Positions 11,031-22,171 are shown, counted from the stretch's first letter. The stretch is DNA of 64,000 bases from Halorutilales archaeon Cl-col2-1 (GCA_041891055.1 CP169074.1:1472001-1536000); one strand, 5' to 3'. The notes: generated from the sequence alone by a model not told the origin. Numbers and translations are program-made.

Positions 11031-11133
11031 GCGTGAGTCTTCTCGGGATTCTCGGATATAGTTTGGGGTAGGTCAAAAGACACGACGACATACACTACAC
11101 TAAGTTGAAGTACCCCGGATAGCAATACGCGGT

Positions 11134-12651
11134 ATGGACGACATCGGAGGAAGGGTCGAGGAGATACTCGAAGTCGACGCTGATGACTACGACGCACGCG
11201 TGAGGGAGGACGCCGAGTTCGTGAAGCACGAGCTCAGCAGGGGGACGTTCAACAACCCTCAGGCTATAATCGGTCTCGAACACGAGTTCTACGCGGTCGA
11301 CGAAACCGCCGAGAGTCCATATCTCGCGAGGGTTCCACGTCCTCTTCTGAGTTACATAGGCTTCGAAAAGGAGCTGGGTCTCCACAACGCCGAAATGGTG
11401 ACTTCTCCCCAGCCCCTCAACGGATACGGCATAAGGGCACAGGAGAACGAGGTCAAGTCGAAGCTCAAGATCGCCCTCGAGACGCTCAAGACAGACAGGC
11501 TCCGTCTCGTGTCGAGCGGAATATGGACGATTCCGCCACAGGGAGAGACTGCGCGCGAGTATCTCTTGGCGGGGGCGGAGGACGACGGCGTGCATATAGC
11601 CTCGAACATGTCCCCGAGCGTGAGATACCAAGCGATGAGCAACCAGATGCTCCGTATGGAAGGCGACATAGAGCTTGAGGCTCCCCACGTCTCGCTCGGC
11701 TCGAAGACTGTTATGCCCGAGTCTCTGATTACTTCCATACAGCCCCATTACCAGGTTCCCCAAGCATCGGAGCTTCCGACGTATTTCTCGTACGCACTCA
11801 GGATAGCTCCCGCTATACTCTCTCTCGGGGTCAACTCGCCCTTCTTCCCCCCCGACCTCTACGACGACGTCCCCGCGAACCTAATAATCGAGGACGCGTG
11901 GGACGAGTCACGCATAAACGTCTTCGAGAGTGTCCTCAACTTCCGCGACAAGACAGAGAAGGTCTCGTTCCCACGTGACATAGAGACAGTCGAGGAGGCG
12001 GTCGATGCTATAGCCGACGACGAGGTATATGTCCCGATGCCAATAGACGGCGGATCGAGGTTCGACGACGAGTTCGGACATCTCAAGATGAAAAGAGGGA
12101 CCTACTGGAGATGGATAAGACCCGTCTTCGAGGGCTCTACGAGGAGCGACGCCCACGTCCGTGTCGAGTTCCGTCCACTCGCGGGACAGCCCACGATAAG
12201 AGACACGATAGGCTTCCAGGCTCTCTACGCCGGACTACTCACCGCACTCACGAGACTCGACCATCCCCTGATAGACCTGGCGTGGGAGAAGGCGCGCGAC
12301 TCGTTCTACGACGCCGCCGAGAACGGCTTGGACGCCGAGATAGACTGGATAGGCTCCGACGGAAGCGAGTTAAACGGCGATGAGATCTACGACGAGATGA
12401 TCGAACTCGCGTCACGGGGTCTCCAGTCGTACGGAATAGACGGCGACGAGGCTTACAGATATCTCTGGCCCCTCAAGAAGAGGTACGAGGAAGGTATAAC
12501 GCCTGCCGACTGGAAGAAAAAAGAGGTCAAGAGACGCCTCTCAGAGGGCGAGGAGTTCGAGACCGCCTTGAGGGAGACAGAGAGGAAGTACATAGAGCTT
12601 CAGAAGGAGACACTGTTCGAGGGGTCGTTCGCCGACTGGCTTGAGAAGTAG
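11134..12651 (+). CDS. Glutamate-cysteine ligase-like (GCS2 superfamily) protein
   Basis: IGLEHEFY, ELGLHNAE, TSIQPHYQV, NSPF, GTYWRWIRP, RVEFRPL. Confidence 0.7.
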   Translation: MDDIGGRVEEILEVDADDYDARVREDAEFVKHELSRGTFNNPQAIIGLEHEFYAVDETAESPYLARVPRPLLSYIGFEKELGLHNAEMVTSPQPLNGYGIRAQENEVKSKLKIALETLKTDRLRLVSSGIWTIPPQGETAREYLLAGAEDDGVHIASNMSPSVRYQAMSNQMLRMEGDIELEAPHVSLGSKTVMPESLITSIQPHYQVPQASELPTYFSYALRIAPAILSLGVNSPFFPPDLYDDVPANLIIEDAWDESRINVFESVLNFRDKTEKVSFPRDIETVEEAVDAIADDEVYVPMPIDGGSRFDDEFGHLKMKRGTYWRWIRPVFEGSTRSDAHVRVEFRPLAGQPTIRDTIGFQALYAGLLTALTRLDHPLIDLAWEKARDSFYDAAENGLDAEIDWIGSDGSELNGDEIYDEMIELASRGLQSYGIDGDEAYRYLWPLKKRYEEGITPADWKKKEVKRRLSEGEEFETALRETERKYIELQKETLFEGSFADWLEK

Positions 12652-12653
12652 TC

Positions 12654-13454
12654 CTACCAGTCGGGGGAGAAATCGGGATCTACGAGCCTCTCTTCTCTTT
12701 TTATCGAGTCTATCTTCTCTATGTCCTCGTCGTCGAGTTCAAGCTCTAGAGCGGCGTAGTTGTCCCTTATGTGGTCGGAGCTAGTCGCCTTCGGAATCGG
12801 ATGTGCGCCCTTCTCGTCTATCCACGCGAGGCTGACCTGTGCCTCGTCGGCGTTGTGTTTGTCGGCAATCTCGGTAATCTCGGGTATGTCGAAGACCTTT
12901 CCACGTGCGAGAGGCGAGTAGGCTACTACCTCTATACCGAGTTCGTCGGCGTAACCGAGGATCTCGTCCTGCTGGAGAAGAGGATGCATCTCGACCTGGT
13001 TGGCAAGTATCGGAGCGTCGGAGACCTCTACGGCTTCTTCGAGATCTTCGGGGGTGAAGTTACTCACGCCTATGTTACGTATCTTACCGTCGTCGTATAG
13101 CTCGTTGAAGGCTCGCATAGTCTCCTCGGTATCGTAGTCGCCAGCAGGCCAGTGGACGTAGAGTATGTCGACGTAGTCGACTCCGAGCTTTTCGAGGCTC
13201 TCTTGGGTACTCGACAGGACGTCGTCGTACCCGAGGCTGTCTATCCAGACCTTCGTGGCGAGGAAGTACTCCTCCCTGTCGACGTCCGCCCTCGCCAAGC
13301 CATCTCCGACGTACTCCTCGTTGTCGTAAGCCTGCGCTGTGTCTATGTGACGGTATCCGTAGTCGAGAGCGAACGATACCGAGTCGGCACACTGTTCGGG
13401 GTCTGTGTTCTGCCACGTTCCGAGTCCTATCGGGGGTATCTCTCTGTCATTCAT
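12654..13454 (-). CDS. Aldo/keto reductase
   Basis: [50 protein letters not shown]. Confidence 0.93.
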   Translation of the reverse strand: MNDREIPPIGLGTWQNTDPEQCADSVSFALDYGYRHIDTAQAYDNEEYVGDGLARADVDREEYFLATKVWIDSLGYDDVLSSTQESLEKLGVDYVDILYVHWPAGDYDTEETMRAFNELYDDGKIRNIGVSNFTPEDLEEAVEVSDAPILANQVEMHPLLQQDEILGYADELGIEVVAYSPLARGKVFDIPEITEIADKHNADEAQVSLAWIDEKGAHPIPKATSSDHIRDNYAALELELDDEDIEKIDSIKREERLVDPDFSPDW

Positions 13455-13568
13455 GTTCTCACGTCGCGGATAGACAAGCGAGACACAAGGCTCTTGCGCA
13501 GGTTCAGGTGGAGGTGTGGATGCCGGAAAGCCGGTAAACGTTTTAGGACAGATGGAACTGTATACTAT

Positions 13569-16343
13569 GTGAAAGAAGAGACGCGTGACAGGGACTCGGA
13601 AGACGGCGAAGCGGACGCGGACACGGATTCGAAAGACGAGAGGGGGGTCACGGGTGCTCCGAGTAAGATGGAGGAGAACCGTGACGACCTAACTCCGATG
13701 ATGGAACAGTACTACGAGCTGTGTAACGAGTACGACGACTCAGTCGTTCTGTTCCAGGTCGGCGACTTCTACGAGACCTTCTGTGAGGCTGCTGAGGAGA
13801 CGGCGCGCGTCCTCGAACTCACGCTGACACAGAGAGAGGACAACTCGGGCGAGTACCCGATGGCAGGGATTCCGATAGACTCAGCCGACTCGTACATAGA
13901 GGGACTTCTCGACGAGGGATACAGGGTGGCTGTCGCCGACCAGGTTCAGGATCCCGACGAGACTACGGGTGTCGTGAGAAGGGCGGTCACACGCGTAGTC
14001 ACACCCGGCACTGTCGTCGAGGACGAGCTACTCGAAGACGACGACAACAACTACATCGTCTCCCTCTGGGACGACGCACTCGGATTCATGGACGTCTCGA
14101 CGGGCGAGTTCCTCGTTACCTCCTCGGAGAGCGACGAGATTCTGAGGGACGAGGTCGAACGTTTCGAGCCGTCGGAGGCAGTCGTAGGAAGGGACGACGA
14201 CTCCGACTTCTTCTCCGAACACGGGTACGGCGGTATGGTCACTCGACACGACGGATTCGGAAGAGACGAAGCCGAGGAGATAGTCGAGTCCTACTTCGGC
14301 GACCCCGGGATACTCCTCGACGGCGACGACGAGGTGAGGGCGGCGGGAGGTCTCCTGTCCTACGCCGAGTACACACAGGGCGACGACGAGGAACTCGACT
14401 ACGTCAACCGTCTGAGGAGGTACGACCCCCACGACTACATGGTTCTCGACCCCGTGGCTCTCAGGAGCCTCGAGATCTTCGAGTCAAGGAGGAGCGGACG
14501 TACGCTCGTCGACGTACTTGACCAGACGGCTTGTGCGATAGGCAGCAGGAAGCTCAAGAACTGGCTCAGACAGCCTCTCGTCGACGTCGAAGAGATCCGG
14601 GCGAGACACGACGCAGTCGAGGAGTGGACACGTCTCACGCTTCCGAGGGAGGAGGTACGTGATCTTCTGAGGGACGTCTACGACATAGAACGTCTCATCA
14701 CGAGGGTGTCGAGGGGACGCGCGAACGCGAGAGACCTCCTGTCGCTCAAACAGACACTCGACGTCGTCCCACGTGTCAAGAACGCGATGGAAGGCGTCGA
14801 GTCGGAGAGACTGAGAGAGCTCCACGACGCACTCGACGAGATGGAGATGGAGGAGGTTCGGGGTCTGATAGGTAGAGCAATAGACGAAGACCCGCCGATC
14901 GAGATCACAGAGGGCGGCATAATAAAGGAGGGCTTCGACGACGAGTTAGACGATCTGAGACGTACCGAGAGAGAGGGCAAGGAATGGATCGCTGAGTTGG
15001 AGGAGAAAGAACGCGAGAGGACGGGTATCGACTCGCTCAAGGTCGGCTTCAACAAGGTTCACGGCTACTACATAGAGGTCACTAACCCCAACCTCGAAAA
15101 GGTACCCGACGACTACACGAGGAGGCAGACTCTCAAGAACTCCGAGAGGTTCTACACTCCCGATCTCAAGGAGAGGGAGGACGAGATACTCGGAGCGGGC
15201 GAGAAGGCGGACAAGTTAGAGTACGAGCTTTTCAAGGAGGTGAGGAGCGAGGTCGCCGAGGAGTCGGAGAGGGTACAGAGACTCGCCGACGTCTTAGCCG
15301 AGATTGACGTCCTGACTACCTTGGGCGGCGTCGCAGTCAGGAACTCCTACTCACGTCCCGAGGTCAACACGGGCGACAGTATAGAGATCGAGGGAGGTCG
15401 CCATCCCGTCGTAGAGACGACACAGGACTCGTTCGTCCCCAACGACGCTGAGATAGACGGAGGCGGCTTCGGTGTTATCACGGGCCCCAACATGTCGGGG
15501 AAGTCGACCTACATGAGACAGGTCGCACTCACAGCCGTGATGGCTCAGACGGGGAGCTTCGTCCCCGCCGACTCCGCCAAGATAGGTGTGATCGACAGGA
15601 TATTCACCCGCGTCGGGGCGAGCGACGACATCGCGGGGGGGCGGTCGACATTCATGGTCGAGATGGTCGAGCTATCCAACATACTCCACGGAGCGACAGA
15701 CGACTCTCTGGTTCTCCTCGACGAGGTCGGAAGAGGCACGAGTACCGCCGACGGTCTCTCGATAGCGAGGGCGGTGACGAGGTTCATACACGACGAGATA
15801 GGCGCTAAGACGATGTTCGCGACCCATTACCACGAGCTCACCGAGATTGCCAACGAGCTCAACGACGTCTTTAATCTTCATGTCGCGGCTAAGGAGAAGG
15901 GAGACGAGGTCGTCTTTCTCCACGAGGTAGCCGAGGGCGCCGCCTCGGAGTCATACGGAATAGAGGTCGCCGAACTCGCCGGGGTTCCCCAGAAGGTAGT
16001 CGACGACGCGAGGGAGTTCCTGAGACAGAAGGAAGATGATGCCGGTAAAGACAGGGAAGAAGATGAGGCGGCGGTCTCCGAGACTCAGGTCGGCGTCCCC
16101 CTCGAACCAGACCGTGGGAGAGACAACGGCGAGACGAAGAGGGATGAGAGGCAACACAGAGACAGAGACGGAGGCGGAGACGAGACGGGGACGGAGTCGG
16201 AATCGGAGGAAGGGAGAACGCATAAGAGCGACGACGACCCAGATACTGATGAGATAATCGAAGAGATTCGGGAGACAGATGTAGCGAACACGACGCCGAT
16301 GGAGGCTCTCGAAAAGCTCGACTCCTTAAAGAAGAAACTCTGA
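13569..16343 (+). CDS. mutS: DNA mismatch repair protein MutS1
   Basis: [63 protein letters not shown]; GTG start at 13569 inferred (alternative ATG 13668). Confidence 0.95.
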   Translation: MKEETRDRDSEDGEADADTDSKDERGVTGAPSKMEENRDDLTPMMEQYYELCNEYDDSVVLFQVGDFYETFCEAAEETARVLELTLTQREDNSGEYPMAGIPIDSADSYIEGLLDEGYRVAVADQVQDPDETTGVVRRAVTRVVTPGTVVEDELLEDDDNNYIVSLWDDALGFMDVSTGEFLVTSSESDEILRDEVERFEPSEAVVGRDDDSDFFSEHGYGGMVTRHDGFGRDEAEEIVESYFGDPGILLDGDDEVRAAGGLLSYAEYTQGDDEELDYVNRLRRYDPHDYMVLDPVALRSLEIFESRRSGRTLVDVLDQTACAIGSRKLKNWLRQPLVDVEEIRARHDAVEEWTRLTLPREEVRDLLRDVYDIERLITRVSRGRANARDLLSLKQTLDVVPRVKNAMEGVESERLRELHDALDEMEMEEVRGLIGRAIDEDPPIEITEGGIIKEGFDDELDDLRRTEREGKEWIAELEEKERERTGIDSLKVGFNKVHGYYIEVTNPNLEKVPDDYTRRQTLKNSERFYTPDLKEREDEILGAGEKADKLEYELFKEVRSEVAEESERVQRLADVLAEIDVLTTLGGVAVRNSYSRPEVNTGDSIEIEGGRHPVVETTQDSFVPNDAEIDGGGFGVITGPNMSGKSTYMRQVALTAVMAQTGSFVPADSAKIGVIDRIFTRVGASDDIAGGRSTFMVEMVELSNILHGATDDSLVLLDEVGRGTSTADGLSIARAVTRFIHDEIGAKTMFATHYHELTEIANELNDVFNLHVAAKEKGDEVVFLHEVAEGAASESYGIEVAELAGVPQKVVDDAREFLRQKEDDAGKDREEDEAAVSETQVGVPLEPDRGRDNGETKRDERQHRDRDGGGDETGTESESEEGRTHKSDDDPDTDEIIEEIRETDVANTTPMEALEKLDSLKKKL

Positions 16344-18058
16344 TGCCCGAGATAAGAAAGCTCGACACCGATACGGTCGAAAGAATCGCCGCGGGCGAGG
16401 TCGTCAAAGACCCGAGTAGCGTCGTCAAGGAGCTCGTCGAGAACTCGTTAGACGCCGGAGCCTCAAGGATAGAGATCGAAATAGAGAACGGCGGACGTGA
16501 CCTGATACGTGTCTCCGACGACGGTGAGGGTATGGACGAGGAAGACGCCGTCCGTGCCTTCGACAAACACGCCACGAGCAAGATAGACGACGCCGACGAC
16601 CTCAGATACGTCACTAGCCTCGGGTTCAGGGGAGAGGCACTCCCGAGCATAGCGAGAGTCTCTCAGGTCGAGATGGTCACGAGGTCAGAAGACGCCGACG
16701 TCGGAGGAACGCGCGTCGTGGTCGAGGACGGGGGCGACGAGAGACGTACCGAGGAAGCCGGGAGAGGAGTGGGTACGACCGTCGAGGTCTCCGATCTCTT
16801 CTACAACACGCCCGCGAGACGTTCGACACTCGGGTCGCCGAAACGTGAGTTCTCGAAGATAAGCGACGTCGTGACTAAGTACGCTCTGACCCATCCCGGC
16901 GTGGGCTTCGAACTGACCCACGACGTCAGGGAGGTTCTCAACACTCCCGGATCGGGGAACTACGTCGATCCTGTCTTCGAGGTCTACGGAAAGGAGGTCG
17001 CAAACAGAGCCGTCGAGATAGACCACGGAGGCGGAGACGAGGACGGGATAGACGTCGAGGTCGAGGGGATAGTCGTACGTCCGGGAGTCACGAGAAGCTC
17101 CAAGAGCCACGTCTACACCGCCGTGAAGGGACGTGCACTCGACGACGAGACGGTCAGGCGCGGAGTCATAGAAGGGTACGGCACTCTCTTAGACGGAGAC
17201 AGGTACCCCATCGCTGTCGTCGATGTCGATCTTCCGGCTGAGAGGGTCAACGTCAACGTCCATCCGTCGAAAGACGAGGTGCGTTTCGACGACGAGGGTG
17301 CCGTGAAACGCGTTGTGAGAGATACCGTGAGAGACGCACTCTCGACTCAAGACCTCTCACGTGTCTCCGAGATAGAGTTCTCGGTAGACGCCGAGGCGGA
17401 CGGCGAGACGGAGTCGCGTTTCTCGTCGGTCGAGGTCATAGGACAGTTCCGGGGTCTCTACCTCCTGTGTGAGTCGGAAGACGACCTTCTCGTGGTGGAT
17501 CAGCACGCCGCACACGAGAGGGTCAACTACGAACGGCTCAGGGACGAGTTCGCGGGCGAGGATATACCTTCGGTCGAGCTGGAGTCCCCAGAGACTGTGA
17601 ACTTCACTCCGACAGAGAAGTCGGTGATAGAGGAGAGGTCAGACCTCCTGTCGTCGCTCGGCTTCGAGCTAGAGGAGTTCGGCGGAGGCACCTACAGGGT
17701 GAGGAAAGTCCCGGCTCCCCTCGGAAGGGTCGAGGACAAGGAGTCTCTACACGACGCTCTCGACAGGATAGCCGACGGAGACGAGCCGAGAGAGGCGAGA
17801 GACGAGATACTCAAGGACGTCGCGTGTCATCCGTCGCTCAAGGCGGGCGACTCGCTCACGAAGGAGAAGGCGGAGGATCTCATAGACGAACTCGGCTCTT
17901 GCTCGGAGCCGTTCGCGTGTCCCCACGGACGTCCCACGGTTCTCTCCGTAAACGAGAGGGAGATAGCGAAGGGATTCGGGAGAGACAGCGTGAGGATGGC
18001 TACCGACGGAGTAGATGGAGACGACGAAGATGAAGACGAGGGGGGCGGAGATGTCTGA
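16343..18058 (+). CDS. mutL: DNA mismatch repair endonuclease MutL
   Basis: IAAGEVV, KELVENSLDAGA, GFRGEAL, DLFYNTPARR, DQHAAHERVNYE, CPHGRP; TGATG overlap with mutS. Confidence 0.96.
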   Translation: MPEIRKLDTDTVERIAAGEVVKDPSSVVKELVENSLDAGASRIEIEIENGGRDLIRVSDDGEGMDEEDAVRAFDKHATSKIDDADDLRYVTSLGFRGEALPSIARVSQVEMVTRSEDADVGGTRVVVEDGGDERRTEEAGRGVGTTVEVSDLFYNTPARRSTLGSPKREFSKISDVVTKYALTHPGVGFELTHDVREVLNTPGSGNYVDPVFEVYGKEVANRAVEIDHGGGDEDGIDVEVEGIVVRPGVTRSSKSHVYTAVKGRALDDETVRRGVIEGYGTLLDGDRYPIAVVDVDLPAERVNVNVHPSKDEVRFDDEGAVKRVVRDTVRDALSTQDLSRVSEIEFSVDAEADGETESRFSSVEVIGQFRGLYLLCESEDDLLVVDQHAAHERVNYERLRDEFAGEDIPSVELESPETVNFTPTEKSVIEERSDLLSSLGFELEEFGGGTYRVRKVPAPLGRVEDKESLHDALDRIADGDEPREARDEILKDVACHPSLKAGDSLTKEKAEDLIDELGSCSEPFACPHGRPTVLSVNEREIAKGFGRDSVRMATDGVDGDDEDEDEGGGDV

Positions 18059-18734
18059 GAAAGACAGAGACGGGGACACGGAGACAGACACAGAGACCGA
18101 GGAGAAACTCGATCTGAGACGTGTATTCGAGGAGATCTCCGACGAGTTCACCGAGACGCGTCAGAGACCGTGGGACGAGGTCGTCGGGTTCGTAGACGGG
18201 GTAGAGGGAGATCTCTGTACCGACCTCGGCTGTGGAAACGGACGCCACATAGAGACGGCGTCGGGAGATTTCGAGACCGTAGTCGGGGTCGACTTCTCTA
18301 GACGTCTCCTCGAACGCGCGCGGGACAAGGGCGAGGTCGTAGAGGGCGACGTCTCATGTCTTCCGGTGCGTGACGGCGTAGCCGACGCCTTCGTCTACGT
18401 CGCCGCACTACACCATCTCCCGTCACACGACGAACGTCTGAGGAGTCTCAACGAGGCGGAACGTGTTCTACGTGACGGCGGAGAAGGTCTCATCTCCGTT
18501 TGGGCGATAGAGCATCCCAAGTTCGACGGCGCGAGGGACGAGATACGTGCGAAGAACCACGACATCTACGTGCCATGGAAGTCGGAGACAGGAGAAGAGT
18601 ACGACAGGTACTACCACATATACGGGAGGGACGGCTTCGAGTCGGTTCTCGAGGAGTCGAATCTCGAAGTCGGCGATGTCTGGCTCTCGTCAGGGAACTA
18701 CTATGCGCGCGTGAGCACGTCAGAAAAGGCTTAG
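18051..18734 (+). CDS. Trm9/ALKBH8-like class I SAM methyltransferase
   Basis: FTETRQRPW, DLGCGNGRH, ALHHL, ISVWA, DIYVPW, RYYHIY. Confidence 0.75.
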   Translation: MSEKDRDGDTETDTETEEKLDLRRVFEEISDEFTETRQRPWDEVVGFVDGVEGDLCTDLGCGNGRHIETASGDFETVVGVDFSRRLLERARDKGEVVEGDVSCLPVRDGVADAFVYVAALHHLPSHDERLRSLNEAERVLRDGGEGLISVWAIEHPKFDGARDEIRAKNHDIYVPWKSETGEEYDRYYHIYGRDGFESVLEESNLEVGDVWLSSGNYYARVSTSEKA

Positions 18735-18744
18735 CTGTTCAGTT

Positions 18745-18969
18745 TTAGTTGGGGCGTCCGTCTGGAGTCTCCGACTGCGACCTCGACGCCGACGATCTGC
18801 TTATTCCTATGTAGAGGAGACCGCTCACGACGAAGAGGAGGAGACCGCCTCCCATCGCGGGGTCGCCCTCGTAGAAGCTCCAGATCGATCCGACGGCACC
18901 CATCAGTGTGACGACGACTCCCAAGGTCAGCAGGCTGAGGTTCGTGTTTCTGGTTTCTACCTTTGACAT
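18745..18969 (-). CDS. Small two-TM membrane protein
   Basis: 74 aa ORF with two hydrophobic segments filling an intergenic gap. Confidence 0.55.
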   Translation of the reverse strand: MSKVETRNTNLSLLTLGVVVTLMGAVGSIWSFYEGDPAMGGGLLLFVVSGLLYIGISRSSASRSQSETPDGRPN

Positions 18970-19068
18970 ACTACTAGTGTAGTACTGTAGTAAGTTAACG
19001 GCTTCTTATGAGCCAAGTATTGGTATGTTGAAGCTTCCCGGGGAGAAACGCACAATAATTGTGAGGTT

Positions 19069-20097
19069 TCAGACGCCGATATCTCCGACGGCTTCGCGTA
19101 TGCTCATTCCCTCAGCGACGACGTCACGTCTGTAATGCATATAGAGGGCACCGATGGGTGTCTGGAGTATGTAAGCGAGGGCTATCGGAAGTACCGCCTC
19201 CGAGGGAAGGAAGTCGGACGCAGCCACGATTCCGACGGCTATAGACAGGTTGCGCATGCTGGTGGCGTAGACGAAGGCGACCGACTGTTCGGTTTCGAGG
19301 AGAGCTCTTCCGACGACTGAACCCACTCCGAGTATGACCGCGTAGAATATAACGAGAGGGACGACAGTGGCTCCCGAGGCGACGGGGTCTGCGAGTATGC
19401 TCTGTGACCGCATCGACATAGCTATGAAGACTATCAGCATGACACCCAGAGAGCTCAGACCGCCGAGGCGCGGCTTTATCGTCTTGAAGCCGTCGGAGCC
19501 GTACCTTCGGAGAAGGAGATGACGTATGGCGGTTCCGAGAACCATCGGAACCACGACGACGACTGCGAGCTGACGGTAGAGTGACGCGGGGTCGAAGTCG
19601 ACTGCGCCCTGTACGAGGAACGAGAGGTATGTCGGGAGTACCAGAACCGCGGCTATCAGGTTGACTGCGACTGCGACGAGTGAGGCTTCGAGGTCGCCTC
19701 CGGCTAATCCCGTCCACGCCGCGGTCATTCCCGAAGTGGGTATGAGGGCGATGAAGTAGAGTCCGACAGCGTAGGCGGGAGATCCCCCGAAGAAGGTCTG
19801 AGAGAGACCGACCGCGAGAAGCGGTACGAAGGCGAAGTTGAACACGAGGCTCAGAACGACGGGCTTGGCGTGTCCACGTATATTCACTAGTTCTTCGAGG
19901 TCTATGTTGACCATCATGGGGACGATCATCACGAATATCACGGGAAGAACCGCCGACTTGAGAACGGATCTGAGACCCGATCCCATGAACTGTCCCGCCA
20001 CGAGACCCGCTACGAGGGAGGTCACGATTACGTATATGAGGTTCTGCTTGAGTCCCTCTAATAAGTCTCCGACGGCTCCGAGTAGTCTCGTCCTCAT
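19069..20097 (-). CDS. Acr3 / bile acid:sodium symporter superfamily transporter
   Basis: About 10 TMs, MIVPMM, LVFNFAFVP, IPTSGM..WT.LAGGD, MRNLSIA. Confidence 0.8.
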   Translation of the reverse strand: MRTRLLGAVGDLLEGLKQNLIYVIVTSLVAGLVAGQFMGSGLRSVLKSAVLPVIFVMIVPMMVNIDLEELVNIRGHAKPVVLSLVFNFAFVPLLAVGLSQTFFGGSPAYAVGLYFIALIPTSGMTAAWTGLAGGDLEASLVAVAVNLIAAVLVLPTYLSFLVQGAVDFDPASLYRQLAVVVVVPMVLGTAIRHLLLRRYGSDGFKTIKPRLGGLSSLGVMLIVFIAMSMRSQSILADPVASGATVVPLVIFYAVILGVGSVVGRALLETEQSVAFVYATSMRNLSIAVGIVAASDFLPSEAVLPIALAYILQTPIGALYMHYRRDVVAEGMSIREAVGDIGV

Positions 20098-20102
20098 ACT
20101 CG

Positions 20103-20567
20103 TCAGTCCTCCGTGTTCGACGTCTGGGTGTCGTTGGTGTCATCTGTGCGCCAGTAGAGATGTGTCTGTCCCGACTTACGCCGTTCGAGAACTCCGTCGT
20201 CACAGATCGAGTTGAGCTTACATCTCGCGCCCTCGGTGGTTATCTCGAAGGTCTCGGAGACGTCCGACGTGGTTATGACAGGTCCAGGAATCCTTTCGAG
20301 GAGTCCGAGTATGTCTTTCCGTGTAACAGTCTCGACGTACTGACCGCGCGAGTCTCGGCATCTCCTGCCGTGTCCGTCCTCTTTTCTTCGGCGTCGTCGG
20401 TCGGGATCGTCTCTTTGTCTCGGAGTCTTACCGTCTTCACAGCCCCTATCCGAGGAGTCTCCCGAGTTCGAATCCGAGTCTGAAGCCGATTGCGAACGCC
20501 GGTGTTTCGATAGCTGTCTTCGTCTCTTTCCTCCTCCCCTCTTAAACGACTCTTGTTTCCTCCGCAT
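20103..20567 (-). CDS. Winged HTH DNA-binding protein with low-complexity N-terminus
   Basis: C-terminal PVITTSDVSETFEITTEGARCKLNSICDDGVLERRKSGQTHLYW; start uncertain. Confidence 0.65.
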   Translation of the reverse strand: MRRKQESFKRGGGKRRRQLSKHRRSQSASDSDSNSGDSSDRGCEDGKTPRQRDDPDRRRRRKEDGHGRRCRDSRGQYVETVTRKDILGLLERIPGPVITTSDVSETFEITTEGARCKLNSICDDGVLERRKSGQTHLYWRTDDTNDTQTSNTED

Positions 20568-20596
20568 ACATCGGACAACGGCTTAGCTTAAGATAG

Positions 20597-20618
20597 CCAT
20601 TTGGGAACCCCCAAATGG
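20597..20618. promoter_or_regulatory. Perfect 9-bp inverted repeat, candidate operator
   Basis: CCATTTGGG-AACC-CCCAAATGG just upstream of a TATA-like CTTAAG (minus strand) about 20-25 bp before the HTH start. Confidence 0.55.
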
Positions 20619-20662
20619 AGGTTGTAAGGAGTTCTCGGTAGGTGGGAACCGGAAATAACTAG

Positions 20663-21298
20663 TCAGAAGACAGATCTTGAAGCCGCGGTGTAAATGAAGA
20701 AGACGCCGAACGCGGCGAGAATCCCACCACTGAGGTAGGTGACGCCTCTCGCGAAGCCTCCGTCAAATCTCTCAGATCCGAGGCTGAGACCCGTGGGGAA
20801 GACTGTGATCCAGACGAGGATTCCGACGAAGAAGCCGACAAGGGCAACGGGTCTCGACTCTACGAGTGTGACACCGGCTGTGAGCCACCAGGCTATCTGG
20901 TACGGGTTGGTGAGTGCGAGGACGAAAGCCTTCGTGAAGCCTCTTCTTCCCCCGTCCTCGGCGTGGGTATCGGCGTCAGCGCGAAATCCGAACGTGTCGC
21001 CCGAACGTATGTCAGACACAGCCGAGTATCCGAAGTAGAGCATCAGAAGACCTCCGAGTGCATAGAGTAGGGTTCTGGTGCGTGACCCTACGACTGCGAG
21101 CAAACCCGCGACCGAGAGGACACAGAAGACAGTGTCAGCGGTGAGTGCTCCGAGTCCCGCTCTGAAGCCGTCTCTCAGCGATCCGAGAGCCGTCTCCTCG
21201 GCTATGACGGCGTTCATAGGTCCGGGAGGCGCGGCGAGAGAGAGTCCGAGTAATACGCCCGACACAAGAGATCCGGCTATGGTGGAAAGCATGGGCAT
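20663..21298 (-). CDS. LysE family translocator
   Basis: GLSLAAPPGPMN, GLGALTAD, LALTNPYQIAWW. Confidence 0.88.
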   Translation of the reverse strand: MPMLSTIAGSLVSGVLLGLSLAAPPGPMNAVIAEETALGSLRDGFRAGLGALTADTVFCVLSVAGLLAVVGSRTRTLLYALGGLLMLYFGYSAVSDIRSGDTFGFRADADTHAEDGGRRGFTKAFVLALTNPYQIAWWLTAGVTLVESRPVALVGFFVGILVWITVFPTGLSLGSERFDGGFARGVTYLSGGILAAFGVFFIYTAASRSVF

Positions 21299-21303
21299 GG
21301 ATG

Positions 21304-21555
21304 TCAGACGTGTGACCTGTAACTCTCGAAGACCATGACCGTCCCCACGAGTATAAAGCTAAAGCCGACGACTAATCCGAGTACCATCGATGCATCGTCT
21401 GAGATGGGAACACAGACACCATCGGGAAGAGGCGAGGCGTCTGTCGGAGTCATATCTGTGATTCCACCTGCGTCGGCGCACTGCCAGAGACCCGGGTTCA
21501 TGCCTACCCCGAGTACCAAGAAGCCGACGACGAAGATGAAGACACCGAACTTCAT
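21304..21555 (-). CDS. Small two-TM membrane protein with two loop cysteines
   Basis: 83 aa, tightly packed between engB and the LysE gene. Confidence 0.55.
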   Translation of the reverse strand: MKFGVFIFVVGFLVLGVGMNPGLWQCADAGGITDMTPTDASPLPDGVCVPISDDASMVLGLVVGFSFILVGTVMVFESYRSHV

Positions 21556-21556
21556 C

Positions 21557-22171
21557 TCAGAAGAACTTGAGGAGGTCGTGTCTGTTCTGGTGTCTGAGCT
21601 TCTCGCCGACTGCCGAGTTGAGAGCCTCTATGTTGCCTCTCTTCGCAGAGATGGGTGCGATTGTGTCGTCCCACTGATCCCACGGCGGAAGGAGACCCAG
21701 ACGTTCGCCTATCTCGTCGAGTTCGGAGTCACGGTCGTCGATCTTGTCGGTCTTGTTGACCGCAACGACCGTCGGAATTCCGAGGTCTGTGAGGAACCGG
21801 AACATGTCGACATCGTGGGGAACCTCTCCTCTCTCAGTCCATCTGTCGACTATCTCGACGAAAGAGTTGCCGTCTACGACCTCGACGGCGACGAGTATCC
21901 TGTCGGAGTTCGACTCGACGTACTCGACGACGCCGTCTTTTATCTTCTCGCGTCGCGACTCCTCGACTCCGTTCATGAATCCGAATCCAGGGAGGTCGGT
22001 GACAGCAAAGGACTCCGCCGACCAGTCGTACGAGTTGGGTTCAAGAGTTACCCCCGGGCGTCGTCCCGTGTCGTACTGCTTCCCCGTGATCTCGCGCATA
22101 AGCGTAGTCTTGCCGACGTTCGACCTCCCGACGAGGACGACCTCGGAGTCGACATCCGGTCCTTCGAACAT
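21557..22171 (-). CDS. engB: GTP-binding protein EngB/YsxC
   Basis: [28 protein letters not shown]. Confidence 0.9.
   Translation of the reverse strand: MFEGPDVDSEVVLVGRSNVGKTTLMREITGKQYDTGRRPGVTLEPNSYDWSAESFAVTDLPGFGFMNGVEESRREKIKDGVVEYVESNSDRILVAVEVVDGNSFVEIVDRWTERGEVPHDVDMFRFLTDLGIPTVVAVNKTDKIDDRDSELDEIGERLGLLPPWDQWDDTIAPISAKRGNIEALNSAVGEKLRHQNRHDLLKFF

Noticed and set aside
13152-13568. Long N-terminal extensions of the ORF-track calls for mutS (likewise pdxS, TIGR00341, engB, rnhB)
   Set aside because: They overlap opposite-strand genes or promoters; downstream starts match the family N-termini
20465-20476. GTTCGAATCC tRNA T-loop-like motif
   Set aside because: No T-stem, acceptor stem or cloverleaf; lies within the HTH ORF
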